Below are positions 55,640 through 64,000 of a DNA stretch of 64,000 nt, one piece after another (positions within the stretch are counted from its first letter, which is position 1; each line of letters begins with the position of its first letter). The stretch lies in contig JBHLPF010000018.1 in NCBI GenBank assembly GCA_048939765.1, positions 1 to 64,000 of the forward strand, in the 5' to 3' direction. A model generated the notes under the pieces. That model did no database searches and was not told the DNA's origin. It saw only the letters and a list, made by a program, of their open reading frames with translations. A program made the translations under genes and the position numbers. This DNA comes from Promethearchaeota archaeon (GTDB taxonomy: Archaea; Asgardarchaeota; Thorarchaeia; Thorarchaeales; Thorarchaeaceae).

Positions 55640-58524
55640 CCCCTCACACCTCCCTCCGCGAGCAATTCCTTCAGATATCTCCCTGTGAAGGAGGTCTTCT
55701 TTGCTACAATGTCCTCAGGAGTTCCTTCGGCGACGACATATCCACCCTCATCGCCTCCCTCAGGTCCAAGATCTATCACCCAATCGCTTGTCTTTACGAC
55801 ATCCAGCTGATGCTCGATCACAAGTACGGTGTTTCCTAAGTCAACTAGTCTATGCAGGACCTCAAGGAGCTTCTTGATGTCTGCAAAATGAAGCCCAGTT
55901 GTGGGCTCGTCTAGCATTATCAGAGTTTGTCCAGTTGCAGGTCGCGAGAGGAACTTGCTCAGCTTCACACGTTGTGCTTCGCCGCCTGAGAGAGTTGTTG
56001 CAGGCTGTCCAAGTTTGACGTAGCCCATCCCCACTGCGCACAATGTTTCGAGTCGTCTATGAATCGAAGGCACACCTTCAAAGAACTTCACTGCCTCGTC
56101 TATCCTCATGTCTAGGACGTCTGCTATGTTCTTCCCCTTGAATCGGACCTGAAGGGTTTCTCTGTTGTACCTCCGCCCCTTGCACTCGGTGCATGTCACC
56201 TGAACCGGTGGGAGAAACTGCATCTCGATGATTTCCACTCCTGCACCGCGACACTTCTCACAGCGACCGCCCTTGACATTGAAGGAAAAACGCCCTGGCT
56301 TGTATCCTCTGATCTGTGACTCAGGAAGACCGGAGAATAACTCTCTAAGTGGAGTCCACAGTCCAGTGTACGTCGCAGGATTCGACCGAGGTGTCCTGCC
56401 GATGGGACTCTGGTCAATGACAATTACCTTATCGAGCTGACTCGCCCCAACGATGTCATCATGGTCGCCGGGTTTCTTCTCAGCCTTGTGGAACCTGCGT
56501 GCCAGCTCTCTCTGAAGAGTTTCGACAATAAGGCTCGACTTGCCGCTGCCTGACACACCTGTTACTGAGATGAACAGCCCAAGTGGAAACCGGACATTGA
56601 TATTCTTGAGGTTGTTATGTCGAGCTCCACGTAATTCGATATAGCGACCATTGGGCTGTCTTCGCTTCCTAGGGACCGGAATCTCATCCTCACCACGAAG
56701 GTACTTCGCGGTGATTGAGTCCTCAGCCCCGAGAATTTCACTCAGTTCTCCAGCAACAACGACCTCTCCACCCTCTGCCCCGGCGCCGGGTCCAAGATCG
56801 ACTATGTAATCTGCGCTCTTCATGGTCTCTTCATCATGCTCGACCACCAAGACAGTGTTTCCGAGGTCTCTCAGCCGCATCAAGGAATTCAGTAGTCGCT
56901 TATTGTCACGTGCATGAAGCCCGATCGAAGGTTCATCGCATACATAGGTCACTCCTACAAGATTGGAGCCTATCTGACTGGCTAGTCGTATGCGCTGCGC
57001 CTCGCCACCTGCAAGAGTTGGAGCAGTTCGGTTCAGGGTCAGATAGTCGAGGCCTACATCTCTCAGGAAGCCGATTCTACCCATTATCTCTCTAAGGATG
57101 GGATCAGCTACTGGTCGAAAGCGCGGATCTATCTTGACACTCTTGAAGAACTCCTGTAGTCCCTTCACTGACAAGACATCAAGCTCAGCAATTGACTTTC
57201 CCCCAAAGGTCACGGCTCGGGACTCGGGGCGCAAACGGCTACCATTGCATGATGGGCATGTGAGCTCTGACATGTATTGTTGCTCAACCAGCTTCCTACT
57301 GATTTCAGATTTCGAAGTGCTATAGACTCGCTGTGCCCTCTGCATCCAACCTTCAAACGGCCGCTGGAATCTCCCAGAGTAGGTTACACCATAGTCCTCG
57401 TTCCCGCCTTCCCAGGTCGATTCAAACCTTTCCGAACCAGATCCATGCAGTAGTACGTTTTTCTGCTTCTTCGTTAGGTCGTTCCACTTCGTATCAAGGG
57501 TAAAGCCATACTTTTCAGCAACTTTCTTCAAACGGGTCCGTTTCAGCTTCCACTCATATCCCCTCAGAGCTCCTTCACGAATACTCAGCTCTGGATTCTC
57601 TATGAACTTATCAGGATCAAACTCACGGACCGAACCGATACCTGTACATTGAGGACATGCACCTTGGGGCGTGTTCCATGAGAAGATACGTGGCTCCATC
57701 TCAGGCAGACTGATACCGCAGTCCACACAGGCGAACTGCTCTGAGAGAGTGATATCCCCATCTGGCTTCGAGATGACCACGACACCGTCAGCCATATTCA
57801 GAGAGGTTTCAACCGCCTCAGAGATTCGACCCCTCTCTGACGGCTTGGCACGTACTCTATCAATGACCACCTCTATAGTGTGCTCAAAGTAGCGGTCGAG
57901 CGACATTCCTTCCTCAATGTCCTTTAGCTCGCCATCCACACGAGCTCTGATGTAGCCCTTCTTCAGAAGGTCCTTAAACTCTCTACGGTACTCCCCTTTT
58001 CGACCCCTCACTATGGGAGCCATAATCATAATGCGGGTGCCTTCCTCAAGCTGGAGGACGTTGTCTACCATCTGTTGCGACGTCTGGGGCTCAATCTTCT
58101 TTCCGCATTGGGGACAGTGAGGCTCACCCACTCTGGCGTACAATAATCGCAGGAAGTCGTAGATCTCTGTTATTGTTCCAACTGTTGAACGAGGGTTCCT
58201 CCCTACACTCTTCTGGTCTATCGATATCGAGGGTGAAAGACCTGACATGAAGTCCACTTTTGGTTTCTCTAACATGCCAAGGAATTGACGGGCATAGGGC
58301 GAGAGCGACTCCACGAATCTTCGCTGACCTTCTGCGAAAATGGTATCAAAGACCAAGCTGGACTTCCCACTGCCTGAGACCCCAGTTACGACTGTCAGGC
58401 TGTTCTTCGGAATCTCCACGTCGATGTGCCGGAGATTATGCTCTGCAGCACCCATAACGACGATGGACCTCGGTCCGTCGAACTCTGTCGAGTCACCATT
58501 GCGTTTCTTTGTCGCAGCCTTCAC
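55636..58524 (-). CDS. uvrA: Excinuclease ABC subunit A, first copy
   Basis: [12 protein letters not shown] twice, AEGQRRFVESLS, LAGGEAQR and LSGGEAQR, FSFNVKGGRCE.C.G.G. Confidence 0.96.
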   Translation of the reverse strand: MKAATKKRNGDSTEFDGPRSIVVMGAAEHNLRHIDVEIPKNSLTVVTGVSGSGKSSLVFDTIFAEGQRRFVESLSPYARQFLGMLEKPKVDFMSGLSPSISIDQKSVGRNPRSTVGTITEIYDFLRLLYARVGEPHCPQCGKKIEPQTSQQMVDNVLQLEEGTRIMIMAPIVRGRKGEYRREFKDLLKKGYIRARVDGELKDIEEGMSLDRYFEHTIEVVIDRVRAKPSERGRISEAVETSLNMADGVVVISKPDGDITLSEQFACVDCGISLPEMEPRIFSWNTPQGACPQCTGIGSVREFDPDKFIENPELSIREGALRGYEWKLKRTRLKKVAEKYGFTLDTKWNDLTKKQKNVLLHGSGSERFESTWEGGNEDYGVTYSGRFQRPFEGWMQRAQRVYSTSKSEISRKLVEQQYMSELTCPSCNGSRLRPESRAVTFGGKSIAELDVLSVKGLQEFFKSVKIDPRFRPVADPILREIMGRIGFLRDVGLDYLTLNRTAPTLAGGEAQRIRLASQIGSNLVGVTYVCDEPSIGLHARDNKRLLNSLMRLRDLGNTVLVVEHDEETMKSADYIVDLGPGAGAEGGEVVVAGELSEILGAEDSITAKYLRGEDEIPVPRKRRQPNGRYIELRGARHNNLKNINVRFPLGLFISVTGVSGSGKSSLIVETLQRELARRFHKAEKKPGDHDDIVGASQLDKVIVIDQSPIGRTPRSNPATYTGLWTPLRELFSGLPESQIRGYKPGRFSFNVKGGRCEKCRGAGVEIIEMQFLPPVQVTCTECKGRRYNRETLQVRFKGKNIADVLDMRIDEAVKFFEGVPSIHRRLETLCAVGMGYVKLGQPATTLSGGEAQRVKLSKFLSRPATGQTLIMLDEPTTGLHFADIKKLLEVLHRLVDLGNTVLVIEHQLDVVKTSDWVIDLGPEGGDEGGYVVAEGTPEDIVAKKTSFTGRYLKELLAEGGVRG

Positions 58525-60506
58525 GATCCGTTGCCCTCAACCTTCTTTCTCAAATCCAGAATCTGATCTCGCAGTTTAGCCGCTCTTTCGAACTCGAGGT
58601 TCCTGGCAGCCTCCTTCATCTGTTCCTCCAGGTCGATTATGTAGTCCATCATATCTTCGATCTCCAATGGATCGAAGTCCCCAATCTCTGTCTGAACTGT
58701 CTTCTCCAACCTCACAATGCCTTCAGCAATATCGCGAATGTCTTTCACAATGGTACGTGGTTCGATGTTGTGTTCCTCATTGAACTTTATCTGATAGCTT
58801 CGTCTGCGATTGGTCTCATCTATTGCACTCTGCATGGCAGTGGACACATGATCTCCATACAGGACAACTCGACCACGAATGTTTCGTGAGGCTCTTCCCA
58901 TGGTCTGAATGAGGGCCCAATCAGTACGTAGGAATCCTTCCTTGTCGGCATCAAGGACCGCTACCAGACCCACTTCTGGAAGGTCGAGTCCCTCACGAAG
59001 CAGATTGATGCCAACAAGAACATCGAACTTGCCCTGCCTGAGCTGCCGTATTATCTCAATTCTCTCAACCGTCCCAATGTCTGAGTGGAGATATCTCGCC
59101 CTAATACCAGCCTCAACAAGATACTCCGCCAACATCTCAGCTGTCTTCTTTGTGAGTGTCGTCACCAGGACTCGGTCACGGTCCGCAGTAGTCTTCTTTA
59201 TCTCTCCCAATAGATGGTCGACCTGCCCTACGACAGGACGAATTGTGATGCCAGGATCGAGGAGGCCTGTGGGTCTCAGGAGCTGCTCAACGATTTGCCC
59301 ACTCACTTTGCGTTCATGAGGCCCAGGAGTTGCACTTGTGTAGACAACATGCTTCATGTACTTCTCGAATTCGGGGAACTTCAGTGGTCGATTATCAAAA
59401 GCAGATGGCAGTCTGAATCCATAATCAACCAAGTTCTGTTTTCTTGAGAGGTCTCCGTGGTACATGCCCCGAATCTGAGGAATGGTCATATGAGACTCGT
59501 CGATAATCATCAAGAATTCTTCAGGGAAGTAGTCCAGCAATGTATACGGTTTCTCCCCCTTCTTTCTCCCATCTATGTACCTTGAATAGTTCTCAATCCC
59601 TTGAGTCCTACCGGTTTCCCTCATCATCTCCATATCATATAGGGTGCGTCGTTTCAAACGGTCTGCTTCCACGAGCTTCCCCTGGTTTCTGAACCACTCT
59701 ACTCTCTCTCTCATTTCCTGCTCGATGGCATCTAGTGAATCCGTGATTCGTTCATAGCGTGCAATATGATGCCTGGCTGGAAACAGCTCAATCCACTTCA
59801 AGCGTTCTAGGTGCCTTGAGGTAAGAGCCTCGAGTACAGAGATTCTTTCAACTTCATCTCCATCGAGCTCAATCCTGATGAGGTTTCTTGAGGCTGCTGG
59901 ACAGACATCAATCACATCGCCCCTCACCCGAAATGATCCTGGCTTTACATCCATGTCATTTCGGTCATACTGCATAGCTACGAGCTTCTCAAGTAGACTT
60001 CGTCTGTCTATCTCTTTTCCAACCTCCACCATCATCCGGAAGTAGTCGTACTCAGACGGATTGCCAACTCCATAGATGCAAGACACCGAAGCGACCACAA
60101 TAACATCCTCTCGAGACCTTAACGAATGCGTGGCTGAATGCCTGAGGCGTTCGATCTCTTCATTGATGTCAGACTCTTTCTCGATGTACATGTCTTTCGA
60201 CGGAACATAAGCTTCGGGCTGATAGTAATCGTAGTAAGAAACAAAATACTCCACAGCTGCATCTGGGAAGAACTGACGATATTCTGAGGCTAGCTGCGCT
60301 GCAAGAGTCTTGTTGTGAGAGATGACCAGAGTTGGCTTATTGTACTTCTCGATTACATTTGCCATGGTGAACGTCTTGCCGCTTCCCGTGACCCCTAGGA
60401 GAGTTTGATGCTGCAGTCCATCTTCGAGACCCTCCACTAGTTTGTCTATCGCCTGGGGCTGATCGCCTGTTGGCTCAAAAGGGGCCTCAAGTTTGAACTC
60501 TGCCAT
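58521..60506 (-). CDS. uvrB: Excinuclease ABC subunit B
   Basis: PTGDQP.AI, GVTGSGKT, YFVSYYDYYQPEAY, DESH, GINLLREGLD.PEV and C-terminal UVR domain. Confidence 0.98.
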   Translation of the reverse strand: MAEFKLEAPFEPTGDQPQAIDKLVEGLEDGLQHQTLLGVTGSGKTFTMANVIEKYNKPTLVISHNKTLAAQLASEYRQFFPDAAVEYFVSYYDYYQPEAYVPSKDMYIEKESDINEEIERLRHSATHSLRSREDVIVVASVSCIYGVGNPSEYDYFRMMVEVGKEIDRRSLLEKLVAMQYDRNDMDVKPGSFRVRGDVIDVCPAASRNLIRIELDGDEVERISVLEALTSRHLERLKWIELFPARHHIARYERITDSLDAIEQEMRERVEWFRNQGKLVEADRLKRRTLYDMEMMRETGRTQGIENYSRYIDGRKKGEKPYTLLDYFPEEFLMIIDESHMTIPQIRGMYHGDLSRKQNLVDYGFRLPSAFDNRPLKFPEFEKYMKHVVYTSATPGPHERKVSGQIVEQLLRPTGLLDPGITIRPVVGQVDHLLGEIKKTTADRDRVLVTTLTKKTAEMLAEYLVEAGIRARYLHSDIGTVERIEIIRQLRQGKFDVLVGINLLREGLDLPEVGLVAVLDADKEGFLRTDWALIQTMGRASRNIRGRVVLYGDHVSTAMQSAIDETNRRRSYQIKFNEEHNIEPRTIVKDIRDIAEGIVRLEKTVQTEIGDFDPLEIEDMMDYIIDLEEQMKEAARNLEFERAAKLRDQILDLRKKVEGNGS

Positions 60507-60888
60507 CTGCTCGGACCTCTACGTCAGTGTCGCTCACACCTGACTACAAGTAACTCTTTGGATTTGTGCTATGCCTCGACAACACCTGAACGACTCGCAC
60601 TTCTACTAGGAGTTTGTCGTTAAGATGGGTTCGGTCGATGAAACATCAACGTCTGAGGGAGATGGTCGAAAGTATCAGGTGAAGCATCAAAGCAAACCGA
60701 AGAAGCTCGATATATCAATGACACTCGGAAACACCGAGTTTGGGAATCAGAGTTCTCAACGTATGGTTCTCGATGCTTGGATTTTCATCGATAAGTCTGT
60801 ATCACACAGAAAACACAGCTTCTCAAGTTCACTGTTTTCGCACTAATCTATTGGAGTTGCTGAAAAGAAACACCAAGGAGATAGGTCA

Positions 60889-61377
60889 ATGTTCTTGAGA
60901 TGCAGTAGATGCGGCTCAACAGACAATGTTCAGCTCGTATACGATTCCTTCTCTGAAGAAGGCAAGTATAGATGCAGTGGATGTGTGAATCAGCTCTTTA
61001 AGCACGGTGCGCATATCGTCAAGTTTACTGATACTTCACACCCACTCCGCCCTGCGTACTACCTCAACCTGGAATCCGAGGAGGACCTAGACCTAGTCAT
61101 GACTCTGGGGAAGCGTGCTCAACAATTCAAAGCCAAAGGGTTCCAGGCGAGCTTCTTCAAGGCGCATGAGACGGGGAGGCGCATAGGTCTTGTTTCAATG
61201 TCATTAGGACAGATGGACAGCATCATCCAACTTAGAGGACATGTGGATAAGCTGAGAATGTGGATGGAAACATCCACCGTTTTAGAGAACGAGCAATTGC
61301 GTAGCAGTCCTGTAAAGGACGAGGACGATATGCCCGCTCTATTCTCTCCAATTAATCGACCTAAGCAAGCGATGTAG
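60889..61377 (+). CDS. Hypothetical protein with N-terminal zinc finger
   Basis: CSRC...CSGC; AGGAG SD. Confidence 0.7.
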   Translation: MFLRCSRCGSTDNVQLVYDSFSEEGKYRCSGCVNQLFKHGAHIVKFTDTSHPLRPAYYLNLESEEDLDLVMTLGKRAQQFKAKGFQASFFKAHETGRRIGLVSMSLGQMDSIIQLRGHVDKLRMWMETSTVLENEQLRSSPVKDEDDMPALFSPINRPKQAM

Positions 61378-61458
61378 TGACCACCAATGTCAAATGAGTG
61401 AAATCTGTAAGATTTTAGACAATCAATTCTCACCGTGGTCTAAAAGGGACATGCTGTT

Positions 61459-62247
61459 ATGATTGAGAATGAGCGTTCGAGAAAGCATGAAGAAAGGATT
61501 AATGCCATGGATAGCGACAGCTCCCTGAGAGGCCTTCCATACGGAGACAGCATCATCTTTCCAGATGGCGAGAAGCAATTTCTTGCTGTTGCAATTGGAG
61601 ACCGCGTGGTTGTGAGAGAGTTGAGCGAATACCCAATCAATTGGGAGACTAAGAACTTACTTGCAATGACTGTTGCAGCGGTCGAGAGGCTGAAGGATGC
61701 ACCTGACTCATTGTGGAGACATAGGGCACAGATCAATTGTCTGCTTGACCTTCGCGTCTATTTGCCATGCTATCGCGGGCTCAATTCAAGTATTGTGCCA
61801 GCACTTCGTGCCGGCTTGACTGAATCCAACTATGAGAATCTCAGATCCTATATCCGAGCTGAACTCCTTAGATTACTGAAGGAACAAGTGATGCAAGGCG
61901 GTCCAACTCATTTCTTTGACATAAATGAAATGAAGGAAATCCCGGAACTGGCAGTACATGTACCAAAGGTTCTCGAGTTGCGAAGGAAAGAGATCCAAGG
62001 AGTCACACTAGTTGAAAAAAAAGGTGTCATCGACCTCACACCGATCATCATGACAGCGTGGGGCTTTGAGCTGGTATATGCTTTGGGTTTAGGCATTGAA
62101 ACTGATGCAGAGGGGTGCGATGCGATTCAGAGGCGGCTCTATGAACTTGATCTGGAGATTAACATCTCAAAAGATGAAGTGGAGGCTTCAATTCCAGTAG
62201 AAATGGGTGTAGGTCTCAGTCAGTACATCCAATCCCTTTTCAAGTAG
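61459..62247 (+). CDS. Hypothetical protein
   Basis: 262-aa ORF; GGPTHFFD and DLTP...T.WG motifs. Confidence 0.7.
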   Translation: MIENERSRKHEERINAMDSDSSLRGLPYGDSIIFPDGEKQFLAVAIGDRVVVRELSEYPINWETKNLLAMTVAAVERLKDAPDSLWRHRAQINCLLDLRVYLPCYRGLNSSIVPALRAGLTESNYENLRSYIRAELLRLLKEQVMQGGPTHFFDINEMKEIPELAVHVPKVLELRRKEIQGVTLVEKKGVIDLTPIIMTAWGFELVYALGLGIETDAEGCDAIQRRLYELDLEINISKDEVEASIPVEMGVGLSQYIQSLFK

Positions 62248-62287
62248 GACTATCACATACCTCTGGTTTGCGAAGAAAAAGATGTGA

Positions 62288-62307
62288 AGGGGATTCTGAA
62301 ATCCCCT
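62288..62307. terminator. Hairpin between convergent genes
   Basis: AGGGGAT-tctgaa-ATCCCCT preceded by AAAAAGATG. Confidence 0.5.
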
Positions 62308-62884
62308 AAGGCACCCAGTTGTATCTAAGAGTCAGCGTGATATCGACATCCCACACAACTGTCTTGTTTGATGCCTCAAACCAAAGGACCCATGTGTATG
62401 ATGAAACGTAGTTGTAAAGATCAATCCGTTGGGAGAATGGACTCGGGTAGGTTCCTTCGTCCACCAAGTACGTGTCTAAATCTCCCCAGGTGGATGCGCC
62501 GTCAACCACACTTACTGATGCTTCATACACAGCGATATGACCTGATACTGAAACGCTGTCAGTTCCGGTATCACGCACATAGATATCGAATAACAAATCA
62601 GGCACAATGGTTGTTTGTACCTCACTGCTAGATACCGAAAAGCCTCCACGATAGTAGGTGGGAGTCAACTCGATGTCTTGATTCATGTAATCTGCGATTT
62701 GTCGCTCATCGTGGCTTCCTGATGCGGGCCCGTTGCTAAGACCAGACATCAGTACTACGACAACACCAGCCACGACAATAATCGCGATGACTAGTACAAT
62801 AATGAATGTCGTGCCACATCCTCGCCCCTTCCTTTGAGCAGGCGGCGCTTCATAGTCACTAGGAGGTAATGGTATTTCTGTCAA
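62306..62884 (-). CDS. Single-pass membrane-anchored protein with a beta-rich extracellular domain
   Basis: Pro-rich N-terminus, basic patch, TM helix, then a beta-sandwich-like region. Confidence 0.75.
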   Translation of the reverse strand: MTEIPLPPSDYEAPPAQRKGRGCGTTFIIVLVIAIIVVAGVVVVLMSGLSNGPASGSHDERQIADYMNQDIELTPTYYRGGFSVSSSEVQTTIVPDLLFDIYVRDTGTDSVSVSGHIAVYEASVSVVDGASTWGDLDTYLVDEGTYPSPFSQRIDLYNYVSSYTWVLWFEASNKTVVWDVDITLTLRYNWVP

Positions 62885-62973
62885 AATTCATTCCCCTTGG
62901 AAATGTACAAGGTGGCTCCAGTGCGCAGACCCTCTTATTACGGTTTTCGCGTTATCCTCGTCAATGAGCGATT

Positions 62974-64000
62974 TCACCATCCCTCGACCGCGAAAGAGAA
63001 GAAATCCTTGACTCTCTCGGCAAATTCGCCTAGGACTATGACATGGTGATTTGCCAATGATTCTTCTAAAAAGTAAGACACCGAATCCTGCAACTTCACA
63101 CGTATTTGGGTTCTGCATCCGGTTTTGTTCTCAAGATTCTCAATTATATCTCCGCTAGAAGCCCAATATTGTGTGAGATCCTTACCGAACACCTTCATTA
63201 TAGTGATCTTCTGGGGGCTAATTGTTCCTCTCAGACCCAGACTCATTCCAGTCTCATAGTGGGTCATTATTCTATACTCTGATGCAAGAGAAGTTGGAAG
63301 TGTGCAGTGTGCAAATGTAGCAGTGTTTGACTCCAGATTGACATCAGCAACATTAGCCATGAAAACCGGCTCTTGAGACAGATGTTTTGCCAATAGCATT
63401 GTGAATGTTGAGGGGATATCTCCTTCACATCCTGCAACGAAGCCATCTCGCTCATTGAGAGTAGATAATGCGTAGCAGCCTGAGATCTTTGTCTGCATCA
63501 GAAGTTCAAAGCATTCTATGGTTACTGCATCCAAGTGTTCAGAATCGACAATCTGTGACACACGCCGAGCAACTCGTGCAGCTTTCGCGACTTCTTCTTC
63601 CGAAACGTCGCTGCATGATGCGTTACTCAAGAATTCCTTGAGTTGAGCTTCAGATTCTTCATCCAAATCCGGAGCCATATTATCTAGCAAGGTTTCGATT
63701 GGCAAATGCTCAATATCAAGTCCCCATCGCTCTTTCACCTGAGCATCATCTACTCTAGAGGCAACTAACCAATTTGAGGACTTGCCGATGACTCCCAGCT
63801 TGCTTGCCCCAATCTTCTCAATAACCGCAGCAAATTTCGCCCTCCTCCTAAGCTGTTCAGCTAGCTTCGTCAGCGGCCCATGAATTATCCTTGACGGAAT
63901 TCCTTGTTGCTCCAAAGATGCACGAGTTTCCATCGCAGCAGGGAGGGAGTTATTTTGAGGGTGACTGAGTAGGAAGATGGAGCCGAGTGAAGTCTTATTG
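62974..64000 (-). CDS. L-fucose/L-arabinose isomerase-like protein (5'-truncated by the window edge)
   Basis: Frame is open to the window end (..LLSHPQNNSLPAAME..). Motifs S.WLVAS, T.ECF, GC, CEGD, AHCT, THYETG and CRTQ. Confidence 0.85.
   Translation of the reverse strand, partial: NKTSLGSIFLLSHPQNNSLPAAMETRASLEQQGIPSRIIHGPLTKLAEQLRRRAKFAAVIEKIGASKLGVIGKSSNWLVASRVDDAQVKERWGLDIEHLPIETLLDNMAPDLDEESEAQLKEFLSNASCSDVSEEEVAKAARVARRVSQIVDSEHLDAVTIECFELLMQTKISGCYALSTLNERDGFVAGCEGDIPSTFTMLLAKHLSQEPVFMANVADVNLESNTATFAHCTLPTSLASEYRIMTHYETGMSLGLRGTISPQKITIMKVFGKDLTQYWASSGDIIENLENKTGCRTQIRVKLQDSVSYFLEESLANHHVIVLGEFAERVKDFFSFAVEGW

Noticed and set aside
55620-55660. Programmed frameshift fusing the two uvrA genes into one double-length protein
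   Set aside because: A clean ATGA overlap with a strong GGAGGTG SD, a normal UvrA N-terminus in copy 2 and no convincing slippery heptamer fit translational coupling better.
60625-60846. 73-aa ORF or SOS-type operator upstream of uvrB
   Set aside because: No recognisable motif in the ORF and no convincing palindrome.
1-64000. tRNA/rRNA genes, CRISPR arrays, IS elements, provirus
   Set aside because: Intergenic gaps are short. I saw no cloverleaf, spaced direct-repeat array, transposase, integrase or capsid gene by eye; a covariance-model scan would be needed to exclude small RNAs.

Overview
Gene-dense archaeal chromosomal segment with about 70 CDS. I saw no rRNA, tRNA, CRISPR array, integrase or transposase. 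The gene content points to an Asgard archaeon, probably Thorarchaeia (inference): F420-dependent Mer, EndoQ, Nre with a PIP box, a COG1202-type Ski2-like helicase, a RecJ/Cdc45-family DHH protein, a Rab-like GTPase and eukaryote-type bipartite Rpb5. Most of the window is housekeeping (salvage, beta-oxidation, transport). The notable items are: (1) two tandem, separately promoted, full-length eukaryote-like RPB5 paralogs (jaw plus assembly domain, about 66% identical) outside the rpo operon; (2) a translationally coupled uvrB-uvrA-uvrA' array followed by a TPR/Cys4 gene and uvrC, suggesting a heterodimeric UvrA; (3) an unannotated 26-aa Asp/Glu/Trp microprotein resembling eukaryotic acidic-Trp motifs; (4) a coiled-coil protein whose C-terminus matches the spacing of the ESCRT-I Vps28 C-terminal domain; (5) a Rab-like GTPase with a polybasic tail and no Cys; (6) a full-architecture PRMT-like methyltransferase; and (7) recurring GGGGA/TCCCC hairpins with U-tracts at convergent gene ends. 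All family calls come from motif recognition by eye; no searches were run.
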